DNA from: Candidatus Nanopusillus acidilobi
Lineage (GTDB): Archaea; Nanobdellota; Nanobdellia; Nanobdellales; Nanobdellaceae
Length of the DNA stretch: 32,000 nt
Direction: 5' to 3'
NCBI GenBank assembly: GCA_001552015.1
Contig: CP010514.1
Span: 570,001 to 602,000 of the forward strand
The notes under the pieces were generated by a model. It saw only the letters and a list, made by a program, of their open reading frames with translations. It was not told where the DNA came from and searched no databases. Positions 9,645 through 18,576 of this stretch are shown here, piece after piece. Position numbers and translations under genes: made by a program. Every line of letters starts with the position of its first letter. The stretch's first letter is position 1.

Positions 9645-10124
9645 TTATATCATTTTCTTTAATAATATATTTATATCTTTTCCATAGTACCCATATGCAC
9701 CACCCTGACTATATGGAACTTTTATACCTCTTCTTGGATAACCCTTTGATGGAGTTTTTAGTCTAAATATATTTTTTATTTTTGGTATTGAATCTAAATC
9801 TATTTCATTATTTAATAATTTTTCAACAAATGTATCAATATCCATATTTAATGTTTGCTTAATATAATCTTCAGTTAATCTTTTATTTCCTTCCAATCTT
9901 CCTCTCTTTAATAATAATTCCTTTAATGTTTCCTTATCTATTTCCCCCCATGCAACCCATGGTTCTACTTTTTTTATCATTCCTCTTATATCTTTTGTAT
10001 CCTTCATTATTACTGCATAATTATTTCTTCTTAATCTTAACAAATATAATGTATCTTTTATTTCTTTATTTGCCTTAACAGTTCCTTTTATCCTTACAAT
10101 TGCTAATAATCCCATTTTATACAA
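9645..10124 (-). CDS. rpl30: 50S ribosomal protein uL30
   Basis: 159 aa: LLAIVRIKGTVKANKEIKDTLYLLRLRRNNYAVIM...RGMIKKVEPWVAWGEID. Located directly downstream of uS5, as in archaeal r-protein clusters. Confidence 0.92.
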   Translation of the reverse strand: MYKMGLLAIVRIKGTVKANKEIKDTLYLLRLRRNNYAVIMKDTKDIRGMIKKVEPWVAWGEIDKETLKELLLKRGRLEGNKRLTEDYIKQTLNMDIDTFVEKLLNNEIDLDSIPKIKNIFRLKTPSKGYPRRGIKVPYSQGGAYGYYGKDINILLKKMI

Positions 10125-10875
10125 ATCCTATCTTTAATCCTGAATATTTGGCATATTCCTCTTTAATTCTATATCCTACTGTTTTTCTTAATGCATTATA
10201 AACTGCCATTGCAAAATTATATCTTTTTCTAGTTTGTCCAAAAGATTTCATCCATAGATCTTTTATACCAGCTAATCTAAATATCTTTTTCATTTCTTCA
10301 GGTGCTACCAATCCAACTCCTCTTGGAGCTGGTAATAATACAACTCTTACAGAACCAAAAGATCCTTCAACTTTAAATGGTAAAGAATGGGGAGTTTTAA
10401 ATGCACATTCCCATGATCCACAACCTCTTGCAATCGGTATAATATTCAATTTTGCATTTCTTAACGCTTTTTCCATACATAAAGCAATATCAGAAGACTT
10501 TCCAATCCCTACTCCAACATATCCATTTTCATTTCCAACAACAGCAACAGAAACCCATGATGTTTTATTACCTTCAGCAGTTTTTCTTTGAACCATTTTT
10601 ACAAATTTTGGCCTTCTATATTTACCTTTAGACAATGATAATCTAATATATTCATATTTTAAATCTGGTATTAATGCATCTACAATTTCTGGTTCTAATA
10701 TTTTATATCCATTTTTAAATACTTGCTCAATTGAATTTATTTTTCCTTCCTTTACCAATTTACCAAGATTTGTTTTTGGATTCCAAGATTCTATATTAAA
10801 CTTTTGCGATCCTATTTTTTCTAAAGCCTCCTGTTCCTTTTTTACTTCTTCAGCTTCTTTTTGTTCTTCTACCAT
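10117..10875 (-). CDS. rps5: 30S ribosomal protein uS5
   Basis: 252 aa: NEQ-free S5 core WVSVAVVGNENGYVGVGIGKSSDIALCMEKALRNAKLNIIPIARGCGSWEC, VVLLPAPRGVGLVAPEEMKKIFRLAGIKDLWMKSFGQTR. Confidence 0.95.
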   Translation of the reverse strand: MVEEQKEAEEVKKEQEALEKIGSQKFNIESWNPKTNLGKLVKEGKINSIEQVFKNGYKILEPEIVDALIPDLKYEYIRLSLSKGKYRRPKFVKMVQRKTAEGNKTSWVSVAVVGNENGYVGVGIGKSSDIALCMEKALRNAKLNIIPIARGCGSWECAFKTPHSLPFKVEGSFGSVRVVLLPAPRGVGLVAPEEMKKIFRLAGIKDLWMKSFGQTRKRYNFAMAVYNALRKTVGYRIKEEYAKYSGLKIGFV

Positions 10876-11033
10876 TTTCTTTTAAATTTATATGACCATA
10901 CATAGGCCCTTATTTTACTACTTCTTCCAAATCCACAATGTGAGCAATATCCCTTATCAGGATTATATGTTTTTCTACCACATCTTCTGCATATAACATG
11001 ATTTACTTTGTTTGTACCACCCAATCTTGTCAT
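10869..11033 (-). CDS. 50S ribosomal protein eL37 (L37e)
   Basis: Hand-translated 54 aa: MTRLGGTNKVNHVICRRCGRKTYNPDKGYCSHCGFGRSSKIRAYVWSYKFKRKW; two CxxC knuckles and the CGFGRSS motif. Not in the ORF track. Its stop overlaps the uS5 start region. Confidence 0.92.
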   Translation of the reverse strand: MTRLGGTNKVNHVICRRCGRKTYNPDKGYCSHCGFGRSSKIRAYVWSYKFKRKW

Positions 11034-11088
11034 TTAATGATAATATAAAGAAATATTTTTAAAGTAAATAAGGAAGTTAGAATAATCA

Positions 11089-12147
11089 ATGAATATAGAT
11101 ATATCAATAATAATACCAACATTAAATGAAAAAGAAAATATTAATGAATTAGTAAAAAGAATAAGAGAAAGCTTAAATGATATAAATTATGAAATAATTT
11201 TTGTAGATGATGGATCAAAAGATGGAACAATTGAAGAAATAGAAAAATTAAAAAAGGAATATAAAAATATAAAACTTGTTGAAAGAGGATATAAAAAAGG
11301 TTTATCATCTGCTTTTTTAGATGGAGTAAAATATTCTAATGGAAAATATGTTGTATTAATGGATGCTGATCTACAACATCCTCCAGAATTATTAAAAACA
11401 ATGTATGAAAAGGCTTTGGAGAGTTATGATTTAGTTATTGCATCTAGATATATTAAAGGAGGAAAAATAGAGAATTGGAATATTTTAAGAGAATTTATAT
11501 CAAAAACAGCAATATTTATTGCATATATTTTTCTACCAGAAACATTAAAAGTAAAGGATCCATTAAGTGGATATTTTTTAATAAAGAAAGATCTGTTAAA
11601 TAATTTTAATGTTTCTGATCCATTTAGTTATAAGGTTCTATTAGATATATTAGTAAAAGTAAATTATAATAAATTAATAGAAATTCCATATACATTTGAA
11701 GAAAGAAAACATGGAAAATCTAAATTGGGCAAAAAAGTAATTTTTTCATATTTAAAGCAGGTTTTCTTATTATTTAATATTTCTCAATTTATAAAGTTCT
11801 ATTTAGTAGGATTATCTGGAATTTTTATTAACCTATTAACTTTATACTTATTGATCTCTTATCTTCCATTTTATATTTCTTCTTTTTTAGCAATTTTAGT
11901 TTCAATTATATGGAATTTCATCCTAAATGATTTGTTTGTATTTAAAATTAAGAAGAAAAAACTTTGGAAAAGATTTTTATTATTTGTTGGAGGAAGAGGC
12001 TTATTATCAAAACCTGTTCAATATTTATCGGCCTTATTATTTTATTATGTATTTGAAATAAACTACTTGATATCACAACTTCTTGCAATATTTATTGCTT
12101 CTATAATTAATTGGGTCTTTACAAAAGGTATTGTTTATGAAAAGTAA
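11089..12147 (+). CDS. GT2 dolichyl-phosphate mannose synthase-like glycosyltransferase with C-terminal GtrA-like membrane domain
   Basis: 352 aa: ISIIIPTLNEKENINELVKRI, EIIFVDDGSKDGT, MDADLQHPPELL, ASRYIKGGKIENW, then a hydrophobic GtrA-like domain. Confidence 0.92.
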   Translation: MNIDISIIIPTLNEKENINELVKRIRESLNDINYEIIFVDDGSKDGTIEEIEKLKKEYKNIKLVERGYKKGLSSAFLDGVKYSNGKYVVLMDADLQHPPELLKTMYEKALESYDLVIASRYIKGGKIENWNILREFISKTAIFIAYIFLPETLKVKDPLSGYFLIKKDLLNNFNVSDPFSYKVLLDILVKVNYNKLIEIPYTFEERKHGKSKLGKKVIFSYLKQVFLLFNISQFIKFYLVGLSGIFINLLTLYLLISYLPFYISSFLAILVSIIWNFILNDLFVFKIKKKKLWKRFLLFVGGRGLLSKPVQYLSALLFYYVFEINYLISQLLAIFIASIINWVFTKGIVYEK

Positions 12148-12313
12148 ATTTATAAATTCCAGAGAGTAATATATAGGTTACTTTTATGGAAAGATAAAAA
12201 GAGATTATAATACGCCTTTGAAAAATATAAACTTTACTTTAATTAAATTTTATAAATGGATTTTTAAGATTTATTTTATCATAATAAAAAATATTTATAA
12301 TATTGATAACCTG

Positions 12314-13603
12314 TCAATAACTATTTTTTATCTTATTTTTTACTATTCTGTAGATATCTTCCAAATTATTGATTGATATTTTAATTCTTTCTTTTGTATA
12401 CCTATCCTGTAATAAAACACTTTTCTCTGATAGTTCCTTTTTTCCAATAATTAATAAGAACCTTATATCCTTATCAACTGCATATTTTATTTGCTTATCA
12501 AAATCTCTTTTCATCAAATCAATATAACAATTTAATCCGATTTCCCTTAATTTATTACATATATTCCATGCATCTTTAAATGTATCTTCAAAATATATTA
12601 CACATATTTCTGTATAAGTTTTTTTATCAATCTTAAATATTCCTAATTCTATTCCAGCATCAATCAGTCTTTCTACTCCAATACTTCCACCTACAGCAGG
12701 TATTTCTTCATTTGTAAATAATTTTAACAAATTATCATATCTTCCTCCTCCAGATAGTGATCCAATTTTTGGTTTTTCAACAATTGCTTCATATATCATT
12801 CCAGTGTAATAATCCAAACCCCTTACTAAAGATAAATTTATTTCTATTTTACTTTTATCATCTAATAGATCTAAAATGTTATTAAAATAATTTATCTCTT
12901 TTGATATTTCTTCATATTTTGATAAATAATCAATTACTTCTTGATTCCTTAATGATATTATTTCAACAATTTTATCAGATAAATCTCCAACAACATTATT
13001 TAATTCTTTTCTTATATTTTCTATTCCAATTTTATCTAACTTATCAATTATTGTATATACCTTTTTTATTTTTTCTTCACTTATATTTAAATTTTTCTCA
13101 AAAATAAATCTTAAGAATTCTCTATTATTTATTATAATTTTATAATTCGAAAAATTAAATTCTTTAAATATAAAATTTACAATATTTAATATCTCTGCAT
13201 CAGATTCTGGTTTTCTTGATCCAATTATATCAAAATCTGCCTGATAAAATTCTCTATACCTTCCTTTTTGTGGATTCTCATATCTATAAGATTTATCTAT
13301 TACATATCTCTTAAATGGTAAATTTGGTCTATGATTTGAAAAAAACCTTGCCAAAGGTACTGTTTGATCATATCTTAATGCATATTCTTTTTCAGAATAT
13401 GGTAATTTAAATCTCCATATTAATTTATTTTCAGCTTCTTCTCCATATTTTCCTTTCAATGTATCCCAATATTCTATTGTTGGAGTCTCTATAGGATCAA
13501 ATCCAAATCTTTGAAATATCTCTTCTATTTTGCTAAATATTTTATTTCTTAATATTTTTATTTCAGTAGGAAAATCCCTTAATCCTGATGGCAAATTATA
13601 CAT
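12314..13603 (-). CDS. hisS: Histidyl-tRNA synthetase
   Basis: 429 aa: LPSGLRDFPTE, PTIEYWD, LRYDQTVPLARFF, YRYENPQKGRYREFYQADFDIIG, LVRGLDYYTGMIYEA, SLSGGGRYDNL. Confidence 0.96.
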   Translation of the reverse strand: MYNLPSGLRDFPTEIKILRNKIFSKIEEIFQRFGFDPIETPTIEYWDTLKGKYGEEAENKLIWRFKLPYSEKEYALRYDQTVPLARFFSNHRPNLPFKRYVIDKSYRYENPQKGRYREFYQADFDIIGSRKPESDAEILNIVNFIFKEFNFSNYKIIINNREFLRFIFEKNLNISEEKIKKVYTIIDKLDKIGIENIRKELNNVVGDLSDKIVEIISLRNQEVIDYLSKYEEISKEINYFNNILDLLDDKSKIEINLSLVRGLDYYTGMIYEAIVEKPKIGSLSGGGRYDNLLKLFTNEEIPAVGGSIGVERLIDAGIELGIFKIDKKTYTEICVIYFEDTFKDAWNICNKLREIGLNCYIDLMKRDFDKQIKYAVDKDIRFLLIIGKKELSEKSVLLQDRYTKERIKISINNLEDIYRIVKNKIKNSY

Positions 13604-13646
13604 TATATTAAATTTAAAAATTGTTTAATAAAATATTTGGTTATCT

Positions 13647-14093
13647 ATGGTCGCTCATAGAAAGAAAAAATATAGGAAATATCTTGGACAAAGATATGCT
13701 AGAAGGGGATATAATGATAGAAATAGAGGTAGAGGAAATAAGGGTGGTGCAGGTTTCTCTGGATGGAGATTTAAGAAACAAAAATACATTAAATTAATTA
13801 AGGAATATCCGGAAAAATTTGAAGATAAAAAAGGATTTACAAGTATTAAATATAATGTTGAAAAATCTATAATTAATTTGGGAGATATAGAAGAATATTT
13901 TGATTATTTATTATCAGAAGGAATAATAAAAAATGAGGGAGAATATTATACAATAGATTTAGATGAAATAGGCGTTGATAAATTATTAGGAGCTGGAAGA
14001 ATTAGCAAAAAAATGAAAATATATGTAAGAGAAGCTTCAGAAGGAGCAATAGAAAAGGTTAAAAACATCGGTGGGGAGGTTATAATTAAATAA
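13647..14093 (+). CDS. rpl15: 50S ribosomal protein uL15
   Basis: 148 aa: MVAHRKKKYRKYLGQRYARRG, GRGNKGGAGFSGWR, KLLGAGRISKKMKIYVREASEGAIEKVKNIGGEVI. Confidence 0.9.
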   Translation: MVAHRKKKYRKYLGQRYARRGYNDRNRGRGNKGGAGFSGWRFKKQKYIKLIKEYPEKFEDKKGFTSIKYNVEKSIINLGDIEEYFDYLLSEGIIKNEGEYYTIDLDEIGVDKLLGAGRISKKMKIYVREASEGAIEKVKNIGGEVIIK

Positions 14094-14563
14094 TGGACCT
14101 ATCATTACAAAAAAGATTAGCATCTGAAATCCTTGGTGTTGGAAAAGATAGAATATGGATAGATCCGAATAAAATACAGGATGTATCTAAAGCTTTAAGT
14201 AGATCTGATATTTTAGATTTAATTGATAAAGGAATAATAAGAGTAAAAAATGTTAAAGGTCAATCTAGAACATGGGCAAATTATATTAAGGAACAGAAGA
14301 AAAAGGGAAGAAGAAGAGGAGCAGGATCTAGAAAAGGAGGTAGAAAAGCTAGATTAGACAAAAAAGAAAATTGGATGAAAAGAATAAGAGCAATAAGAAA
14401 GTTATTAAGAGAATTGAAAGAGAAAAATATAATTGATAAAAAGTTATATAGGGAGTTATATAAAAAAGCTAAAAGTAATGAGTTTAAGAGCAAAAGAGCT
14501 ATTTTAATTTATCTTAAGGATTTAGGAATATTAAAGAATGAAAAAGAAGTTTTAAATAAATAG
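14093..14563 (+). CDS. rpl19e: 50S ribosomal protein eL19
   Basis: 156 aa: LSLQKRLASEILGVGKDRIWIDPNK, DLIDKGIIRVKNVKGQSR, KKKGRRRGAGSRKGGRKAR, KKLYRELYKKAKSNEFKSKR. Confidence 0.95.
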   Translation: MDLSLQKRLASEILGVGKDRIWIDPNKIQDVSKALSRSDILDLIDKGIIRVKNVKGQSRTWANYIKEQKKKGRRRGAGSRKGGRKARLDKKENWMKRIRAIRKLLRELKEKNIIDKKLYRELYKKAKSNEFKSKRAILIYLKDLGILKNEKEVLNK

Positions 14564-14615
14564 TTTATAAGATTTTTTATTTAAAGTTTATAATAATTTC
14601 ACCTATATATTTTTT

Positions 14616-14819
14616 ATGGCAACACCATCCCAATTAAGAACAGAAATAGAATCTGCATTTAAAAAGGGTGTATCAAAGGAAGAAATAGATAAATTAGCAC
14701 AACAAATAGCAAGTAAATTAGGAAAGAAACCAGCAGTTGTAAAAGCATTAATTACAAGATACATGAATAAAGGAATGATAAAGGAACAAGGAGGAAAATA
14801 TGTTTGGGCTGGTCAGTAA
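14616..14819 (+). CDS. Hypothetical 67-aa protein, possibly small helical/winged-helix
   Basis: ORF with balanced coding composition: MATPSQLRTEIESAFKKGVSKEEIDKLAQQIASKLGKKPAVVKALITRYMNKGMIKEQGGKYVWAGQ. Confidence 0.7.
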   Translation: MATPSQLRTEIESAFKKGVSKEEIDKLAQQIASKLGKKPAVVKALITRYMNKGMIKEQGGKYVWAGQ

Positions 14820-14925
14820 AGTTTTTTCTTCATTTATATTTTATAAAAAAGATAATAATTTTTAATTTAACAATATTTTAATGAAAATTTATTATTTCAA
14901 AAAATAATTGAAAATATTCTTCAAG

Positions 14926-15000
14926 TGCCCCCACCGGGATTTGAACCCGGGTCTCGGGGATGAGGACCCCGTATCCTGGACCTGACTAGACGACGGGGGC
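14926..15000 (-). tRNA. tRNA-Glu (CTC)
   Basis: GCCCCCGTCGTCTAGTCAGGTCCAGGATACGGGGTCCTCATCCCCGAGACCCGGGTTCAAATCCCGGTGGGGGCA folds as a cloverleaf; anticodon loop TCCTCAT gives CTC at 34-36. No CCA encoded. Confidence 0.93.
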
Positions 15001-15284
15001 TATGGATTATTTAATATATATTCAGAATTTTGAGTTATAACTATTATATTTGTTCCATTATCATAACATATCATATTCTCTTCTAAACAAATATTGTAAT
15101 ATGTTTGATTTATAGTAGAAGAATAATTTGGATATAATAATAATTTAACATAAAAATCTTCTGCAATATATTTACCAATATTTGGTTGATAATAGAAATT
15201 ATTTTGTAAATTTGAAATAAAAAATAATGTAATAAATAATATTAAAACTAAATATAATAAAATAAATTGGGATTTCATTTCCAA
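15000..15284 (-). CDS. Hypothetical single-TM protein, pseudopilin-like topology (94 aa)
   Basis: N-terminal hydrophobic helix followed by an Asn/Tyr-rich soluble part. The last base of the stop codon is the first base of tRNA-Glu. Confidence 0.65.
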   Translation of the reverse strand: MEMKSQFILLYLVLILFITLFFISNLQNNFYYQPNIGKYIAEDFYVKLLLYPNYSSTINQTYYNICLEENMICYDNGTNIIVITQNSEYILNNP

Positions 15285-15619
15285 TATATATCTACATAAT
15301 CTACTGAGCCATTAATAATATAAAAAGTTTCAATTCCCTGTTCAGATTCATTTAAATTCGTATTATTAAATGCAACTTGTCCATTTATTTCAACATAATA
15401 ATATGGTAAAATATTTGTAACAATTTGATATAAACTACTGTTTAGCTGTTGTGTATTATTTAGATACATATAATTTATTGATATTAATGATGCATATAGA
15501 TCTTCTTTATTATACCCTCTAATATAGAAATTACTATAATATGTTGAAGTTAAAATAAAATATAAAACAATTATTACAACTACTAATTCAATAAATATTG
15601 ATATACTAAAAGATTTCAT
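15275..15619 (-). CDS. Hypothetical single-TM protein, pseudopilin-like topology (114 aa)
   Basis: MKSFSISIFIELVVVIIVLYFILTS..., overlapping both neighbours, same strand. Confidence 0.65.
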   Translation of the reverse strand: MKSFSISIFIELVVVIIVLYFILTSTYYSNFYIRGYNKEDLYASLISINYMYLNNTQQLNSSLYQIVTNILPYYYVEINGQVAFNNTNLNESEQGIETFYIINGSVDYVDIYWK

Positions 15620-16011
15620 TGAACTAATACACTAACCAAATATAATGAGCCATTATAATAGCAAACTCTATTAAATTCTATATAATTATTTTGCATATTT
15701 GTTATATTATCATTACTAAATATATATTCTTGACTAGTATTACTTAAATTTTCATATATTATTTCATATGGAAAACTTGCTAAATTATCCATTATACTTG
15801 GATTAAAATTATTTGATGTTAAATTACAAATATTGTCAGTATACTGTTCTGTAATTTCTTTAATCAAAACTCTTCCATCCATAAATTGATTATATATAAT
15901 TTGATATTTTTCATTAATATTATAAATATAAGAAACTTTCTCCATTAATAATAATGTAATAAAAAATATTACTAAAACAATTACAAATAGCTCAAAAAAC
16001 CTATCTAGCAT
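15616..16011 (-). CDS. Hypothetical single-TM protein, pseudopilin-like topology (131 aa)
   Basis: MLDRFFELFVIVLVIFFITLLL..., overlapping the next gene start, same strand. Confidence 0.65.
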   Translation of the reverse strand: MLDRFFELFVIVLVIFFITLLLMEKVSYIYNINEKYQIIYNQFMDGRVLIKEITEQYTDNICNLTSNNFNPSIMDNLASFPYEIIYENLSNTSQEYIFSNDNITNMQNNYIEFNRVCYYNGSLYLVSVLVQ

Positions 16012-16053
16012 ATATTATATATTTTATAAACATTTTTATATATAGATGTCTAA

Positions 16054-16629
16054 ATGGATTCAAAACTGGTATCATTATTAAAAGAAAATAAAAAAATTGT
16101 TACTGTATCGTCTAATAATTTACCAATATCTAGAAAAGATTCTGAAATGGTTGGTAGATTTATTAAATATTTAACAATACCATATGCAAAGAAATATTTA
16201 GAAATGGTTATTGAAAAGAAAGTTGCAGTTCCATATTATAGGTATCATAAAAAACAAGCGCATCATAAAAATGTAATGGGAAATGTTCCATATGGAAGAT
16301 ATCCAATTAAGGTTTCAAAATATTTTATTAAGCTATTAAATTCTTTAGAAAATAATGCAAAAAATATAGGATTAGATCCTAACAAGGTTGTAATTGTTTC
16401 TGTTAATGTTTCTAAGGGAAATAGGTTTCCTGGAAGGTTAAGGGTAGTAAAGATAAAAACAGGTCCTGGTGGAGTAAAGAGAACATTAATTGTTGCTCAT
16501 AAGAAAACATCCCATATTAAAATATATGGATTATATTTAGAATCTCTAGATACATCTAAAAAATTGAAAAGAAAAAGCTTAAAACAAATTGTTAAACAAA
16601 TATTAGAAGAATGGCGTCAAAAAATATAG
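16054..16629 (+). CDS. rpl22: 50S ribosomal protein uL22
   Basis: 191 aa: GRYPIKVSKYFIKLLNSLENNAKNIGLD, VVIVSVNVSKGNRFPGRLRVV, RTLIVAHKKTSHIKI. Overlaps uS3, the conserved archaeal neighbour. Confidence 0.88.
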   Translation: MDSKLVSLLKENKKIVTVSSNNLPISRKDSEMVGRFIKYLTIPYAKKYLEMVIEKKVAVPYYRYHKKQAHHKNVMGNVPYGRYPIKVSKYFIKLLNSLENNAKNIGLDPNKVVIVSVNVSKGNRFPGRLRVVKIKTGPGGVKRTLIVAHKKTSHIKIYGLYLESLDTSKKLKRKSLKQIVKQILEEWRQKI

Positions 16630-17288
16630 AAGAACTTATAAAAGAACAAAAAATACAGGCAATATTAGATAAAACTTTAAAAAATAGATTTAAAGGTAAA
16701 TTAATTAGTAAAGTTGAATATTTCAAGGTTTCAATGGGTACAAAGGTTATTATATATTGCGCAAGACCCAGATTAGTTCTGGGAAGAGCAAATGAAAATT
16801 TAGATGAAATTAAGAGAATTGTAGAAAATATTGCAAATGTTAAAGATCCAAATATAGAAGTTGTAGGAGTTGAAAATCCATTATTAGATTCTGAAATTGT
16901 TGCAGATTTAATTGCATCTCAAATTGAAAGATATGGAAACAGAGCAATAAGAAGAATTATGCAAAGAGTAATGGAACAGGTAATGCAAGCTGGAGCTTTA
17001 GGTATTGAAGTAAGAGTTACTGGAAAAATAATTGGAGATAGAACATCTACAATAAGAGAACAAAAGGGATATATTAAAAAATCTGGAGAAGTAAACAAAA
17101 TAATTGGAAAAAGTATAAGACATGCAAAATTACCTTCCGGAGTAATTGGAGTACAGGTTAGAATATTAAGACCAACAGACAAGTTACCTGATAGAATAAA
17201 AATAAAAGATTTATCAGAAATAAAACCTGATGAATTAGAAAAGATAGACCCTTCTTTATTAGAAAAATTAACTAAACAAGGTCAATAA
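16611..17288 (+). CDS. rps3: 30S ribosomal protein uS3
   Basis: 225 aa: KH domain VIIYCARPRLVLGRANENLDEIKRIVE; RRIMQRVMEQVMQAGALGIEVRVTGKIIGDRTSTIREQKGYIKKSGE. Confidence 0.95.
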   Translation: MASKNIEELIKEQKIQAILDKTLKNRFKGKLISKVEYFKVSMGTKVIIYCARPRLVLGRANENLDEIKRIVENIANVKDPNIEVVGVENPLLDSEIVADLIASQIERYGNRAIRRIMQRVMEQVMQAGALGIEVRVTGKIIGDRTSTIREQKGYIKKSGEVNKIIGKSIRHAKLPSGVIGVQVRILRPTDKLPDRIKIKDLSEIKPDELEKIDPSLLEKLTKQGQ

Positions 17289-18233
17289 TTATTTTAATCT
17301 ATCAATAAATATTTTTATAATATCTTTTGAATTCAATATTCCCAAAGTTCCTTTTATACATTTTCTTTCAGAGAAATTTTTTACAAATCCATATCTTGAA
17401 TATTTTGAATATATCATAACTGGTACAGGATCTGAAATATGTCTTCCTTTAATTGATGATGTAGAATGATCTCCAGTAATTAATATTGCATCAAAGTATT
17501 CTTTTATTCTTTTTACTAAATATTCATCAATTTCTTCAATTACCTTTTTCTTTTTAAATGGTTCTTTTAAGTGAGATAAAATATCTGGAGTCCTTATATG
17601 AATAAATATTATATCATATTTATTTCTATTTGCTATTGCATATTCTGAAAATGAAAATAAATTTTCATCAATCTTTCCAGTAGTTCCTAAAGGTTTTTCA
17701 TAATCAATTTTCAAATATTTTGCAATTGATAAATAAATAGGACTTGAAGATAAATATAATGCCTTTATTTTATATTTATTTTCAAAAAAATTCTTTTTAT
17801 TTAAATCTTTATATATTGTTTTATTTTTTATCTTATATTTCTTTAATTTTTCAATTATTTCCTTATCATAATTATCAAAAATTAATATATAATCATTATC
17901 TTTATATTTTATTATATCATATTCTTCTTTTATTTTTGGATCTTCTTTTGATTCTATTTCAATTAAAAACTGATTTTCTTTTAATTCTTTATATATTAAT
18001 GCTTTAAATATTAATTCATTATATTTAAAATCATAACCTAGTAATGATAGATTTGATTCAATACATTTTGGAACATGCCCTCTTTCTTTTGTATATAATA
18101 ATCCGCATTCAGAATATCTTACCAACTTATCAATATTTTGTTTTTTAGCATCTTCCAATGGTGTTTTATATCTTAATTCTTTAATTAAATTATCACCTAA
18201 TCCATCTAATATAATAAATACCCCCTTATCCAT
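17289..18233 (-). CDS. apgM: Archaeal-type cofactor-independent phosphoglycerate mutase
   Basis: 314 aa: FIILDGLGDNLIKELRYKTPLEDAKKQNIDKLV, SNLSLLGYDF, GKIDENLFSFSEYA, IHIRTPDILSH, LITGDHSTSSIKGRHISDPVPVMIYS. Confidence 0.85.
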   Translation of the reverse strand: MDKGVFIILDGLGDNLIKELRYKTPLEDAKKQNIDKLVRYSECGLLYTKERGHVPKCIESNLSLLGYDFKYNELIFKALIYKELKENQFLIEIESKEDPKIKEEYDIIKYKDNDYILIFDNYDKEIIEKLKKYKIKNKTIYKDLNKKNFFENKYKIKALYLSSSPIYLSIAKYLKIDYEKPLGTTGKIDENLFSFSEYAIANRNKYDIIFIHIRTPDILSHLKEPFKKKKVIEEIDEYLVKRIKEYFDAILITGDHSTSSIKGRHISDPVPVMIYSKYSRYGFVKNFSERKCIKGTLGILNSKDIIKIFIDRLK

Positions 18234-18272
18234 ATTATTTAAATTATTAAAATTTCTAAATATAATTATTAA

Positions 18273-18356
18273 GCGGCGGTGCCCGAGCGGACAAAGGGGC
18301 TGGGCTCAAGACCCAGTGGAGTAGATCCGTCAGGGGTTCAAATCCCCTCCGCCGCA
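18273..18356 (+). tRNA. tRNA-Leu (CAA)
   Basis: Cloverleaf with acceptor GCGGCGG/CCGCCGC, anticodon loop CTCAAGA, long variable arm TGGAGTAGATCCGTC. Confidence 0.95.
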
Positions 18357-18482
18357 TAGATTGTTTTTATAATTTTAGATAATGTTATTAAAACGATATT
18401 CCCCACTTCTTTCTTCTACCATGATATTTTATCATAACCCTGAAACAAATTTATATATATAAATATAAGAAATTTAATAATC

Positions 18483-18554
18483 GGGCCCGTAGTCTAGTCG
18501 TAGGATGTCGGCCTTGCAAGCCGGAGATCCCGGGTTCAAATCCCGGCGGGTCCA
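18483..18554 (+). tRNA. tRNA-Ala (TGC)
   Basis: Cloverleaf, anticodon loop CTTGCAA, acceptor GGGCCCG/CGGGTCC with the G3-U70 alanine identity pair. TATA-like TTTATATATATAAA centred ~27 nt upstream. Confidence 0.95.
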
Positions 18555-18576
18555 CTTTTATAAAAATTATAAAAAA

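Noticed and set aside
18357-18482. Possible C/D box sRNA between tRNA-Leu and tRNA-Ala
   Set aside because: An ATGATA/TATCAT hairpin and a CTGA occur, but the C-D'-C'-D order and spacing are not met.
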